A stretch of DNA of 64,000 bases from Eutreptiella sp. 'Long Island Sound 2002' (taxonomy: Eukaryota > Protista > Euglenida), in assembly GCA_964036045.1 (NCBI GenBank), contig OZ038378.1, positions 48,856,001 to 48,920,000 of the forward strand. The letters are read 5' to 3'. Under the pieces are notes generated by a model, which was not told where the DNA came from, ran no database searches, and saw only the letters and a program-made list of their open reading frames with translations. Shown piece by piece: positions 47,220-60,959 of this stretch (positions are counted from its first letter, which is position 1; each line of letters starts with the position of its first letter). Made by a program: the position numbers and the translations under genes.

Positions 47220-47700
47220 TGAGGGCGCACACACCAAAGTCCTTGTCGTTGCCAGCTGGCTGCTGCACCTGTGCTGTCTGGGCCGTCACCAGCAGATGCT
47301 CTGGACCCAGCCACCCCGCCCTCTGGCCCCTGGCTGCCATGCGCATCGTCTGGATCGCCATGTCTCATCCGTGCGGCCACTGGAATGGGGCTCCCGACAC
47401 CACAGGTCGGTCCAGCGGGTCCACGGTCAACCGGTATGTCAGGGGCCAGAAGGTGGTGGGCCGTCCAGTGCTGCATGCTCGCCGTCTCCGACCGGTCAAG
47501 GTACACCGCCTCCGAGTGGCCCAGCTCGACGTACCTCGCAATGAGGAGAACAGCTGGTGTTTGGTCGTGCCCCTGGCCCTCCCAAGCCTCCCTCGGGAGC
47601 ATCACAGCGTGGGGGGCCAGGCAATGCACCACGTCGGCTGCCAGGGCGACCACGTTGTCGCTGAGCTCCAACCCATGGTCTGCGACCACCAGGAAGTGGT
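47220..47700 (-). pseudogene. Ulp1/C48-like cysteine protease domain
   Basis: LELSDNVV; LLIARYVELGHSEAVYLD (TCG is one change from TGG: GHW); VQQPAGNDKDFGVC (TTT is one change from TGT: DCGV). Confidence 0.7.
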
Positions 47701-48694
47701 GCCTGGGCGTGGAGTAGAAGCGTTCCAGGGCGCCACTCAACTCAGCTGGCGGGGGAGAGGCGTCTCCGCGGTCCCGCACCCAGGGGAGTGCGCCCGGGCG
47801 ATGCCGCCCTGCTTCTCCTCACCAGACCGCAGCCCTAAGGGTCAGCAGGTTGCGCCAGACGGCTCAAGCGATCGGATCGCCCCAGGGCTGAGGCCTTTCG
47901 GCACCCCATTTGAGGACAGCCACGAGCACATGCGTGGTCAGGGGCTCCGCCGTGAGCAGCAACATCATCCCCACGTCCGTCTCAATCAGCGTAACCTGCG
48001 GGGCAGTGAAGACGTGGCCATCGGTCTCACGGACCGCCACCCATTCCCACAAGACCGCCACCGTCTCCCAGCTGGGGTGGCTCGTCCTCCTGGGCAGGAC
48101 CACCACCGGCGAGCATGGGCTGTTGGCGGCCCATACGCGCCATTCCACCCCTACCAGACGCTCGTGGCCAGGGGGCAGGAACGCTTGGGGCCAATGGTCC
48201 GGGAGCTGGCGATGGACGACGGTCCACATATCAGCTCCGTCAGGCCGCATGAAATGGAGTCCCTCCAGGATGTCCCTTTCCACAGGACTGGGGAGGCGCG
48301 CAGTGCAAACCTCCAGTCCCTGACCCAGGCGTAGCCCTGGCCCCTCGGGATCCCCCAGCAGCAGACCTCCGGGTCCGCGGCCGCAAGGCGGACCGCCACC
48401 GCAGGAAGGTGCAGGGAGACAGTCCACGGCTGGACGGAGACGGGCTCGTGCGGGAGGTCAGCGCAGGCCGCCACAGCACTGCCATCCCTCGCCCAGTGGA
48501 GCGCCCTGTCCCAACACTGCGCCCATGTACAGGGTGCTGTTGGCAACAACCAGGACAGGTACGTCATGACCGCCCTAGCCTGCCACTAGCATGGGTCCAT
48601 GTCTGCAGGATGTGTGTGCCAGCTGCAAGCCCACCCCACGTTGGCCTCCTTGACGGCGACCATGTCCCTCTACGGGACCACCGGGAACGGGAAC

Positions 48695-48782
48695 CTCTAT
48701 ATACTAGCTGTATACTACAGGTATAAGGATCTGTAGACCGCATCTCTAGACATTTGGCTGTAGACCTGTAGACCTGTAGACC
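48695..48782 (+). repeat. CTGTA[GT]AC array
   Basis: ctgtagac three times in tandem plus scattered units. Confidence 0.7.
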
Positions 48783-49424
48783 TTGAATCCAACTCCTATA
48801 TATCACATGTATTGCGAGCACCCATGACTGGACATATGCGTCTATTGATGGATGGAGGCAAGGAATGATGGGTATATCACATATGTATGTCATGCAATAT
48901 GTTTGATATAAGCATATACTCTCCCCCGTAAATTTTCATTGAGGGAAGTTTTGCAGAGGGATGGTATTTACATACATGTAGCATACCCCAAGGCATGATA
49001 CTGGATGTCCAACCCTTTGTAAAATCATTGTTTTCCCCAATAAGACCATCTGCCAAGGGACCTTTTTGCTGGGGGGGAATGAAGAGGGTCAAACGTTTTC
49101 GCTCAGAAGGCTCCAAGAAGCGGGGAAGCTTATCGCTCTCAAACAACCGCCGGTCAAATGGTAACACAGCCGATGCAAACGTTTCGGCCGGCAGTTTGAA
49201 CCATGGTTGGCTGACTGTTGGCGGCGGCAGTGGCGGCGTATGCAGCGGACCAGGGGTGGCAATTATTGCTTGCATGTATTGTCTAAGTGTAAGAGATCAC
49301 AAGACACTGAAGGCTGAGCTACAAAAGCTGCGACAATGACATCGTGTACTTCTTAGTGCTGTGTTTTGTGCAGTGGCTTTTTGTTGTGCTTCTGCTTCTT
49401 GTTTCACAGTGCATATGTGGTACT

Positions 49425-49570
49425 TGTATACCTTCTGTAGACTCTCTGTCGACCTCTAGACCTGTCTGCCAACCTGTAGACCTCTGTAGACTATCTGTAG
49501 ACGCTGTATACCTGTATACCTGTATACCGGTACACGGCTACTATCATGCTACCACTGTAGACTCTGTAGA
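49425..49570 (+). repeat. CTGTA[GT]AC array
   Basis: About 10 ctgtagac/ctgtatac units. Confidence 0.75.
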
Positions 49571-49809
49571 CCATCCCTCTGTGAGTGCGTCGTTTTTCTG
49601 TGCTGTGTTGTTTCTGTTGCACCTCTGTCCTTGGGCGCGGTCCTGTGTTGCTGTGCTGTGCCGCTGGCGGTGTGTTGTGTTGTCCGTCCTTGTGCGCCTT
49701 GTGGTGCCTCTTGTGCCGTGCTGTGCTGTGCTGTGCTGGCATGCCTGTGCCATTTCTTCCTGTCCTCTGCTTCTTTGCCTCTCTGGCGCTGGCTGGTGCC
49801 CTTTGTTGC

Positions 49810-51600
49810 TGACTGTCCGGAAACCGGACGCGTCAGTGACCGGGTCCACACACGCAAACCACCGCAGCGCACGCAGCCGGAGACTGACGCCGGAGGGACC
49901 CGCCAGGGACAACCCCATCGTGGAGCCCCACACGAGTAGGACGCAGAGCGAGCCCACCATCCCTGCCTCGGCGGGGGCGAGTGGCAGGCAGAAATGAGCC
50001 CACTTCTCGGCTGGCCTTCACGTGCCCCGCGCAGCCGCCCAGTATATACGCCCCCGGGCTGGGGAAAGGCACCACGGCGTCCGGAAAGCCGACCAGAGCA
50101 CCGAGAGCGACCGGACCGGACGAGGCATGGTGCACCAACGCTGGGCCACGAGGCACGCCAGAGAGGCACGCCGCCGGCCACAACCAAAACACAAGGACAG
50201 TTCCCAAGCAGGGACGGCCAACGGGTGCCGCAAACCCGGGCAGCGCACACAACCCGCAACGATTTGCGGCGGAGGAACAAGGGCCAGGAAACATCGAACC
50301 AACACGCCCCAAAAACCCAGCCCAAAATCGCCGAGTACAGGCAGAAGGTGCCCAGCGACACACACACCCCAACACCCCAGCCAGGAGTGGCATGGCGCAG
50401 CCGAAACGCGAGCCCAAACACACACACCCACACCGCACAACCCAGCCAGGATTCGCGGGGCAAAGGAGAAGCGCACGCAAAAAGAGGCATAGACCCCAAC
50501 ACCCCAGCCCCGAGTGGTCTGGCGCAGCCAAAACCGGTGCCCAAGCACACACACCCAGACAGCACATCCCAGGCTTCAATGGCGGGGTACAGGAGAACAA
50601 ACACACACGAACTCCAACACCACAGCCAGGAATGGCGAGGTACAGGCAGAGGGCGGACACCGGCAGACACACCCCAACATCCGGACCTGGAGTGGTGGGG
50701 CGCAGCTGAAACCTAAGCCCAAGCACACACTCCCACACTACGCGCGCCAGCAAGGATTGGCCGTGTACAAGCAGAGCGCGCGCACAAACACACACACGAC
50801 CCAGAACCCCAGTCAGGACTGGCAGGGTGCAGTCGAGACCCGAGCCCGGGCACGCACACACACACCGCACACCCTAGCCGGGATTAGCGGGGTACACGCG
50901 GAGCACGCACACAAACACACACACACTCCAACATTCCAGCCAGCAATGGCATGGCGCAGCCCGAATCCGAGCCCAAGCACAAAAGCGCACGCCGCACAGC
51001 CCAGCCAGGAGTGGCGAAGTACAAGCGGAGCGCACACACAAAAACACAAACACCCCAACGCCCGAGCCAGGGGTGGCAGAGCGCAGCGGAAACCCGAGCC
51101 CCAGCAAACACACCCATACCGCGCACCCCAAGCAGGATACGCGGGGTACAAGCGGAGCGCGCACACCAACACACACACACCCCAACACCCGAGCCAGGAT
51201 TGGCGGGGCGCAGCCCCAACCCACGCCCAAGCACACACACCCACACCGCACACCCAGGCCAGGATTCGCGTGGTACAAGCAGAGCGCGCACACAAACACA
51301 CACAGACCCCAATACCCCAGCCATGAGTGGCGGGGCGCAGCCGAAAGCCCTGCCCAAGCACACACACCCAGGCAGCAAACCCGAGGCAGGAAAGACAGGG
51401 TACAGGCTGAGCGCACACAGACCCACACGTGCCTCGAACCCCCGCCAGGATTGGCGGGGGGCAGGCCAAAAACCGAGCCCAACCGCACACACCACAAACC
51501 GCAGCCAGGAATGGCGGGACAAAACGAAACCCGTACCCAAGCACACACACCCTAGACCCAACCCAGGAGTGGCGGGGTTAACGCGAAACCCAAACCCAAA
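49810..51600 (-). repeat. S1 satellite array (50290-51600) plus unique module (49810-50290), inverted relative to 28330-29500
   Basis: The reverse complement aligns with 29040-29500 (e.g. gttgtccctggcgggtccct) and with the S1 units. Confidence 0.85.
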
Positions 51601-52075
51601 CACAAGCGCCACACAACAGTAGGAAGCCCAGTGTCCGTAGCGCCGGCACATGGCCCGCGCCATGCAGGTGACCGGGCCAAACCCGGACCCGAGCCCGCGG
51701 GTAAGGCTGCATCCTAAAGCCTGCGCTGCTTTGGGAGTGGAGGCGGACCCCAGTACCAACAACATGCATGCATGTCTTGGGAACGGGATACGCCAGGAAG
51801 TCTGGTGAACTCCCAGGGTTCCGCCCAAGGGAGGACACCTGCACAAGCACGGGGGCACACCCTCCTGGAGTGACAAGTACGTCACACTGGCGGCGATCAG
51901 CCCTCCTGGTGCTGCCCGGGGCCACTTTGTTGGGGGCCAACAGTCAGGTCTAGCAGAATGTAAGCCGCCTCCCCTCTTCATGCGCGGGTCCTCTTCCAGT
52001 CCGTCACAGGGGCGACGCTTGGGGGAACCATAAGGCGCCTCTCCACGACTGAGTGCACCTACTTACCTACCTACC
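51600..52075 (+). mobile_element. Diverged LINE-like 3' end with a (CCTA)n tail
   Basis: Ends cacCTACTTACCTACCTACC; weak peptide similarity to 25860-26333 and 27850-28318. Confidence 0.4.
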
Positions 52076-53599
52076 TTGCTGCCTGTTGTCTCTGGGTGTT
52101 CGCTGCTGGGGCTGGCTGTCAGGTGTTGTTGCCTGGTGCTGTGTTGCGGCGTCAGTGTCCTTGGTTGGCTGCCTTGTCTGCAGCACTGTGGTGTGGTGTG
52201 GCTTGCCGCTGTGTCCTGCTCCCCTGTGCTGTGTGCTGTGCTGCTGTGTTCCCGTATGGTGCTGTGCTGTTGTGCTCTGCCGCGTTTTTTTGCTGCCGCT
52301 TGTGCTTGTTGTTTCTTTCTTCCTTACCTCGCTGACCTTCGATGAATTCGTATCATTGGTCAAACATGGTTAGCCAAGACCGTACCTCTCGTCTCACTGG
52401 TGCTCACTGGGCCGTGGCGCCAGATAGAAAAAAAAACATAAGTAAAACACAACGAAAAAACTCCCTGAATAGCTGAATTTAAAGCCAACTAGCATAGAAA
52501 ACAGGTAGGCAAAGACATGCGACGCGAAAGACGGGAAATTGTGACGGAAAATCTTTCGAGCTTAAAAAGGTGAACCTAAAGCTCTGTAAGCGCCATAATA
52601 AACCTACGAGAAAACAGCCTCCCGACTTGCGCGTAAAACTCCAAAACATTTTCCAACACGTTACGCCCCTGCACTCGCTCCCTCTCGCCCTCCTTTCTTC
52701 TCCATGTACCTTCTCCTCCCGCTTGTGCCCCACCCTCGTCGCATTTCCCCCCCATTTTTGCTGGAGGCACCAAGACTGATAAATGTCAAAAACACGATGT
52801 AAATATTCTGATCGCTTCAATTCTCAACAACGACACCACATCATCACCAACGGCGGGGAGCAAGTAAGATGACAATGGTTACACTGTCTAGCTGCTCGAG
52901 GATGTGTTGGGTTGTGTATAATTTCATTTTCAAAAACAAAAAGAAAGAAAAAGCATTGTTGCAGGTTTTGCAGGGGTTTTTGAAGACCGCCAATGGTGAG
53001 TTAGCAACCGAGGCATAATTGCATTTCTCGACCTTTAGCATGTTCACGCACTGCACATGCAAACAACATGTTTGACACACGCAGTCTCCAAAGCTTGCGC
53101 CTCTTTAATTCCATGGAAGATCACCCTCCTGTGTTCTGTGTTACAAATGCACAGCAAACAAATGATATGCCAAAGAATGAGAATTTGCTCTGTCTTGCAG
53201 ACAAATAACCGCCTTACTTTCCTGCCGCCTGTTGTGCCTATATCAGCCATCTCAACGTGGACTGCTCTTCTACTAGGGCTCCTCCAGCTTCGAGGGACTC
53301 GTCATCCCCCATACGCGTAGGCGTGGCAAACACTGAAGCAAATGCGCCCATTAAGCCTACCAATCTCTTCTTACGGGGCCTGCGGGCGTGAACGGAGGCA
53401 CCACACGAGGGTTTGGCCAGATTATAATTCCCGCCCTTCTATCATTCATCTGAGTTGCCAAGAAAGAGAAAGTCACTACCATGTCATTTGTGGGGCACTT
53501 GATCGAGGCAATGTCCCCCCTATTCTTTGGGCCGTAATGAAGACTATCAATTGACAATTTTGACTACACTTTTCAAAGTAACTAGGGGTATAACTGTAG

Positions 53600-56500
53600 C
53601 TCGCCTATGTAGTTCACCCCTACCACGCAAGTGAGCGGAGGTATCTTCATTCATGGAGGATATACCGAATTACAATAGGCACTTGTTTCGGATCCACTTT
53701 GGAGCTGTTTACTCTCTCGAGATCGTCTCGTTTCACAAAACTCGACAACCTTGCGCAGGATCTTTAAGCTGGCGAGGAAATTAAACCCGATCAACAATTT
53801 GAAGACAAAGCCCCTGTTCGAAAGATATCGAAATACCATACACAATTTCGTTCACAGCTGCTCGCATCTCCATGTTTCGTATGTGCATCTGCACAGTGCA
53901 GTGCGCAATTGCGCGTTCGCGCGCTTGCTGTGCTGCTGCTGCCCAAAGTAACACTACCCAAACCTGAGACCTGGAAGAGGTCTCACTCACGAGGGTGGGC
54001 AATGCACCTGTCAAAGTCAGGCAAACAGTGGCAGAAAACTTTTTTGTTCCCGACCTCGACATGTGCTGATTCGCATGAAGGATAATAATAGGCGAATCAT
54101 CATTCAGAGTGGTGCCATGGCACTTGTGTATCTCAAGATTCACAAGCCTGGGTCGAGTACAGAGAACACCGGTCGTCAGCGCTTACTGAAACGCCGTGTT
54201 TGACCTGGCACCGCGTCTGGTTCAAAGCTGTAGAAGCCTTGCCAGGGTGCGGCGCTACCCACAACAAGGGTGTGCGCTCGTTGAGTTACGATAAAACAAG
54301 GACACAGCCATTGAGGCCAAGTGTCCAGAAAACAGACTGTCAACAGTACTGTACATTTGTCAGAAACGACAGGACACGTGAGGCCAATCGAGCCATTACC
54401 TGGCACCATGATTGGCTCAGATTACCAGTATGAGCCCAATTGAAATTCGGACGTGTCCTTAACATTCGTGGACGTCCCTCGTTATCTCGGGACTGGCCAT
54501 CCACTTGAAGATGTCGTGTCCAGTGTAATGCCGGCGGACGTCGCTTTTGAAAGCACGCTTCTGGATTAGAGCTCGTACTCAATGAGCCTGCAATCGAAGG
54601 TTGGGGAAGGCAGGGCGTCCATCACCGAGAGTTTGGTACTCGAAAACGAACACATGTTCACAGGCAAGAGCGCGCTGTTGTCCGATACCCTATACCCAGC
54701 GTCCCAGCTCTGGTAGCGTAGAAGTCGCAGATGTTTGATTGCTCCCATACTGACTCCTTCCAAATGTCAGGCCGACAAGTGGTTTCCAAGGATTGTGCAT
54801 CGCATCGACCAGCAGTCCATGGATACTTCTTTCTTGAGCCAGAACCGGCAGTATCGATGTAGAAGAGCTGGCAGTCGTCGAGTTGACTCGCCACCAATGA
54901 CTGTCCGCAAGTGAGACCCTTCGGACAACGATGTTCGCGATGACAGTTTCGGGGCCGGGACGAAGGCCGTATCGATTGAGAATCTCGAGACTTTCTGTTC
55001 AACAATTGGCGTGATCACAACTGAGATTTTGATGCACGTACTGCCCCTCGCAGAGAGTACTGTGCAGGGCAAATGCAGTTACAAGGCTCGCCGCCGTGTC
55101 GACGATGACAGCGTCAAGAACAGATTCTCGACAGCGTAGGTTGGCTCGATGTGCGGCTTCGAAGAGGTTCTTGTTGGCATGAGAAACTTGAACATTGGCA
55201 CATCGTGGTGGTGTCGATACACGTTGTATTCGTCGGGAAGAACAGGTACTCGAGGGAGGCTGGGTGAAATTGATTATTCGCGGATGAATTTCTTGTTTTG
55301 AACTATTCTCGTTCATCGACGTACACATCGCCTCCCAAGTAAACCGGGCTGGACAAATAGTTCCTCTGTCAATTATGATCACTTAAGATGTGAGACATGA
55401 GGTACTTTGAGGTCCGCAGGCGTCGAACAAAAGGTTTACGTACCTCTGGTTAGTTGGCCGCAGGGCTGCAACGCTTTCGGCTCTCGTCATCGAAGTCGTT
55501 GTAGGTAATCTCTCCAGTTGCGAATTGATGGGTCGTCAACAGCTGAACCAAGTCAATACGCGTGCCCGGAGCAACCACATTTTAGGGGTAGGCCCAACTC
55601 GATTGGCCAAACCATGTCGTACTCCTACAACCCAACCAACAGGTCTTGTCGTCGAATTGGGGCACATTGATAGCTTTTGCTTCCAAGTCAAAAGGTGCCT
55701 CGCTGACCTGGAAGTGGTTGCTTTCAAAGGAGCAAATCTGCCTTATGGGCGTGGAAGGGTGCCCGATCTTCGAATGGCCAATCATCGACTTGACAGACCT
55801 TCGCGAGAATCGGGACAGCCCTTGAAGCTGGTGGACGCATCTTGCGCGCTGTCCGGTGACGTTAGTATCAAAAGACGCACCCAATTCCGTTGACGACATC
55901 TATCAGGTTGCCAATCAAACAGAGTTCTCGATGCATACTATTCAGGTAGACAATTCTTACCCAGTATATGCTCCTCATGGAGGCATTTGCGGCGCTGGAA
56001 GTGAATATCGTCGTTGAAATCCCTCCATGCGACGAGAGCTGATCGAAATTGATAACAGGCCGCCTCCGATCGAACAAATGATTGCTGATTCCCATTCTCG
56101 TTGGATGACGTTTTGGGGGCAGCCTACACGAGAGCGATGAAAAAAGGTGCCGTTGTGCGCCAACCATCTATATTGATGGTCTCGGATACATCGTCAAAAC
56201 GGGCTCTCGCTGTTGGTAGGAGATATGGGTGCTGCGGATTCAGCGGCTTATGCTGCAATACCGAGTCAGACGCAATGGCGAGCACATTTGTGTGAAGCTT
56301 GATATAGTATGGAGCGAGTTTATCCTCCTCATGTGTCCTTAATCGGTAGGGCGGTTTCATTCCAAATTCGCCCAGATGTTGGACTTCATCGACGGTTTCA
56401 AACTCCTTCCCGTGGCCGAGAGGTAATACAGTTGCAACAAGGATTCCGGTTGTTCGACTTCGTCAGAGCCGGGTGACTCTCCAGTCGAGTAAGGGTACTC

Positions 56501-56870
56501 TTGCTCGAAATAGTAGTCCGGCTCGTAGGTATCTGGCATATCGTAGTCGTCAGCATATGTATCGTTCTTGGCGTATGTAGTGGTTTGAGTGAATGCTTGT
56601 GTCCTCAGGATGTTGGATTCTCCTATCCCCAAGTCAGTCCACAGTCCTTCGACCCATGCTCCGTCCAATCCGAGCACTGAGCAAAATAAGAGGAACTCAG
56701 TCGTATCCCGTGTAGCAGGTGAGGTCCTCCTCCTCATGTGGGTCGACCCACGCTTCACGTGAAGCGAACCGTTCGTCTGATTCAGGGTCGGACTAATCAT
56801 CCGCCTCACAAGGGTCTGCCAGTTGCGGTCGAAGATCTCCAGCATCATCTCGGGCGCGGGCGTCCAGGTA
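53600..56870 (-). mobile_element. Highly decayed Ty3/gypsy-like internal region (gag-pro-RT-RNase H remnants)
   Basis: RNase H-like LVSETSS..VWVVLL..IAH..EMRAAV..VFRYL (53780-54000); faint RT- and protease-like stretches; many stops. Confidence 0.4.
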
Positions 56871-57551
56871 TCTTATAGCGTCTAAAGTTGATGCCGGTCG
56901 GAGGTTCCCCCTCCCAAGTTTACACGGGAATGAGCGTGTTGGCAAGGGCTTGTTCAAGTATCTCTAAGCCAGTCGTACTACCCGCCATGATCACTCAACC
57001 ACTCGGTGCTACCCCAGCAGGTGTCCCTCAGGGGGACACACCTTCGGGCTTGGAGCTCGAAGTTCCTCCTCCTCTGTCTCCTTTGCCTTGTGAACTGCCG
57101 GCATAGGCTGATGGACTGTAGCTCGGCTGGGCTGAGGTGTGATGCAACTGATCAAGTGTAGCTCGGCGGGGCTGAGGTCCAATCAAACTGATCAGCTGTA
57201 GCTTGCCTGCAACGAGATCGATTCTACTGAGGCTGATGCGGCGTTGCCGAATTCCATCTTGTTGACATCAATGAAGTCCCCCGCGGATCCTTTGAGTGGG
57301 ATCACTTCTTGCAGGAACACGTGGACAACGTCATTGGCTGTCATGTCCTTGCGAGAAGGGATGAACATACCACGCTTCAACAACCGGTAGACCACAGTCA
57401 TGGTAGCATCATGACGCCTCCTGGTTGGCGGCAGTCAAGAGACCAAAACGACAGACACGCTGTGCCATTGGGTGTCGGGCACCAGTAGGGGCCTGGCCTA
57501 TCTGGCAGTGTTGACATATTGTGACTCAGCTGCCTGGCACACGTCACAACT

Positions 57552-59657
57552 AAGGACGTAGGGCTATCACAATGGTCACAACAATTTACGACACTTCGCA
57601 ACAATTACAAGATGAGCGGATGTAAGCATTTCTCTAATCATTTCAATGGGTACATTAATTTCCGAGGCAACTGCCCCAGAAATCGCGACCATTTCCGCAG
57701 ACCTTAATCTCGTCCCACAGGAATGGAGAATTGACGTTCTTTTATTTATCAACAAGCTCATAGCGAAACACACCGCACATACCAGACTCTGTCCTTACCA
57801 GAACAACTGCCGCTTTCAAAAACACTGCTGGTACAAACACCAAGCACCAAACACTCACAACCCATATGCGCCGTCACCTCGTTTTTCTCTAAGGAACAAT
57901 GTTCAGCGCAACGGCGAATTCACGCTTCAAGGCAACAGCGACACCAAAACCACAGCGCACGATTTATCCCAGACAGGTACCCTCTTCCCTTCAGCGAGCA
58001 CAGCACCTGGACAAAGTATATATCGTTCCCACTATTCAACACCACCACCCTCCGCAGCGCCCCAAGTCAAGAAAACAAGCCGCGCAAGCGCGCCAGAGAA
58101 CAGCTCAAGATCACAATCCAATCTGATCACTGAAGCAAATGACGACGACCAGGTCATCTGCACTTCACCTACTCAAAAACCGCTTTCTGGAATATTCGCT
58201 TCGCAAGAAAACAGCACGTCAAGTGAAACAAGCTGTTCGTCTGACAAATCTGGAAGCTGGACTTCAGTTAACAATCAACGCCATCGCTTTTCGCTTCGAG
58301 CCCGCCGTCCTAGCGTCCAAGGAGAACCGAACTCTACTTGCAAAGACTGCTGCAAGAGTTTCGCACTGACAGAGGCAACAAAGAACTGGTATCTTACCCG
58401 TGACCTTCACGTACTACTTCCCTGCGAGGACTGCAGACTCAAACGCAAACAGGCAGCCGCTCAAAAGGACAAAAAACCAACACCGGCAACATTCATTCTC
58501 TATCAGTCCATCCCGCCAACAGGGAAAAAATGGGGCCACAGGCTCTACTGCCCTCGCCCACCACGCAATCTCAAACATCACCAAGTCGGCCGTTGATCCT
58601 CACAACCGTGACCAAGAGACATCTACCTCGCACCGCACAGAAACAAGCACAACGGATGCGCCAGATATGGAAGACGACCTCCAATCACAACGCTCAGGCT
58701 CTATTGGCAGCAATACACCTAAAACCGAAGCTGATGACCTAGAAGAAGGGGAAACCTCCTCATCCAGGTCTACCGCAAAACCTCATGGTCGGCGTCATTT
58801 GATGAGCACGAGTCACAGGTCCAAGATGAAACAACGAGCAATTCTTCCGCCCCTCCTTCATTGCAAGAGGACTCCAGCGACACCACCGAGTGTGACACGC
58901 CTTCAATTCAAGATTGGCACTTCAAAGACCCTCGCCTCCGTCAAAAACTTCAAACTACATTGAGCAGCCCTCATAAAGCTACTCTCTTAAGTGCTTTCGA
59001 ATATACCAATGATCAGATGAAAGAAACCATCCCGTATTCAGCCAGACATGCAGACCTACTACTTCGAAGATTCAGTTTCACTTTGCCAAAGTAAGGACGC
59101 ACCAACTTCACTGTTTTTCGTCCAGTGCTTCGCTTGCTGCAGGGTTTAGAGGTCAGAATTTTTGTACTTTTTTCCTTTTATTTTCTTTTTATTCTTCGAC
59201 CGCCATGAGCATCCAATCCCAATCAATCAAGCAATCTGCATCACTCGAACACACAGCAACCACCTCAATAAGCACTGAAACAACTTCAATGACCATAAAC
59301 CCACATTCTTTACACAACTTACATGGACAATCATTTTCACTCCTGAGCAGCAGGTCTGTTTCTGACTGAGATTTCAGGTCCCTGCAGCCAGCCACCGTGT
59401 GGCCTCCTAGAACTTTTGCAAGCCTCTGGTGCCATTAGGGCAGTGCATTGCACCTTCGACTTTTCAGGGCAGGATTTCAGATACTCAGTCTCTTCATCCT
59501 GCACTTCAGTGTTCATTTACTCTGTAAATTAGGGAAATGGCGGATTTGCATGGGAGACCCCTATGTCACTGCCACCCACCCAGCACTGAACTCAGTTTGT
59601 TACTACACTTTGGGCGGGAAACCGCCATGCACAAAAAAAAAAAAAGGATGTAGGGCT
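57552..59657 (+). mobile_element. Non-autonomous poly(A) retroposon, copy 2 (~2.1 kb)
   Basis: TSD AAGGA[C/T]GTAGGGCT at 57552-57565 and 59644-59657; A13 at 59633-59645; hairpin GGCGG-GAAA-CCGCC at 59613-59626. Confidence 0.9.
57646..59094 (+). pseudogene. CCCH + zinc-ribbon protein, paralogue of 30355-31950, with frameshifts
   Basis: CPYQNNCRFQKHCWYKH, HNPYAPSPRFS, CKDCCKSFALTEATKNWY..PCEDCR, IQDWHFKDPRL...PYSARHADLLLRRF; split across ORFs 57646-58596, 58400-58963, 58861-59094. Confidence 0.85.
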
Positions 59658-60959
59658 CCCCGTAGTGTCAAAGGTGGGAACAGACATGGTCACGTTTGAT
59701 CTAAGCCATGGTTTCAAGTACTCCTGAATGGCCGTAAAACTCGGACTCGTGGTACATTGCCACAATGGATGTCACGATCATCAGGGTACGAGAACGCGCT
59801 TGCCCACTGTTGACAGGTGGAAGAACTTACGGTCGTCAAAGGATAGTTTGGCGTCTCAGAGTTGATGTTGTGCCGTAGTGCTTCGGCTGGTGGCCTCCTA
59901 CATGTGTATTGTGCGTGGATCCTCCCGATATGCCACCGTCCACACTGCTGACGAAGTCACATCTTTGCATCGGATATGTCGGTGCACTCTGCGGTGTGTG
60001 CCCTCCAGACTCGAAGGGTACGGCGTGTTCTGGCCAACCTTGAGTAGGGGTACCGGTTGTAGAGTGCCAGTCCAATGGTGCCGACGGTGGATGAACTCCG
60101 TCAAGCTTGAGGCATATTGACGTTCTTTGCCAAACGAAACTCCAAGGCGGCGGTCCATGTCCCCTTCCGGAAGGTCATCAGGGTCAACTGACTGGTCTGG
60201 TACCTCGTTGCCAGCGTCGCCGAGGCGTGTTGCAGGTTCTTGCAGATCCTCGGTTGCCATCTCATCAATTGGCAACAGATCCAGCTCCCCCAGCTCGTCG
60301 GCTGGCTCTGTGTCGAATTGGGGCGCCGGGACAGCATCAGAGTCGGCCCCAGGATCCTTCCCCAGGTAAAGTCCACTTCGAAGCGATATGTACAGATTGT
60401 CCTATGGCTGGGACCACACCTCAGTGTGTGAGAACGTATCCTCGAGTACATGCAGAAATTTGTCAACAGGTTCTCCTTCAGAGCAAACCCAGTGTCTGAC
60501 CATGTGTACCACAAAAGGTCGCGGGCGAGTACAATTCTTGGTGTCCATCAATTGTCTCGACATCAGGCGAGAGGATGCGTCTGCTGCTGGGTACTCGAGA
60601 TCAGGCACATGACACAACATGAGGTTGTATTCTTCGATGAATTCCACCCTACGTGCTTGTCGTGGCGTCAATGGTCCAGGACACGTTTTGACATAACGAA
60701 GGCCTTCCTGGTGGCTATGTACGTGAACTTCTTGTGCTCCTCGAGGAGATAAAACCACTGCTTCAGAGCTAGCACAATAGCAAGCAGTTCCTGTTCTTGG
60801 ATGGGGTATAGAGTTTGAACAGATTGCATCTTGCGTGACATAAAGTCAATACATCGAAGATATTCTTTGTACTTCCCATGTGCACAACGTGTTGCTAGCG
60901 TAGCACATACATAATGTTTCGAAGCATCCGTGTACAGATGGTACGGCTGTCGAGGGTCG

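Larger units (their letters stand above)
37900..48560 (-). mobile_element. Large decayed APE-type non-LTR retrotransposon (Ulp1-APE-RT-RNase H-CCHC-extension)
   Basis: Domain motifs in one orientation and order (see sub-features); both ends are approximate; no TSD identified. Confidence 0.85.

Noticed and set aside
52400-52670. Minus-strand LTR (purine tract, then CGTAACG..., then TGGCGCC)
   Set aside because: There is no second copy in the window, the start is CG rather than TG, and there is no TSD; boundaries cannot be supported.
57115-57182. 39-bp tandem duplication (CCTCAGCCC.GCCGAGCTACA in reverse) as a functional element
   Set aside because: A local duplication at a junction between decayed gypsy pieces; no further support.
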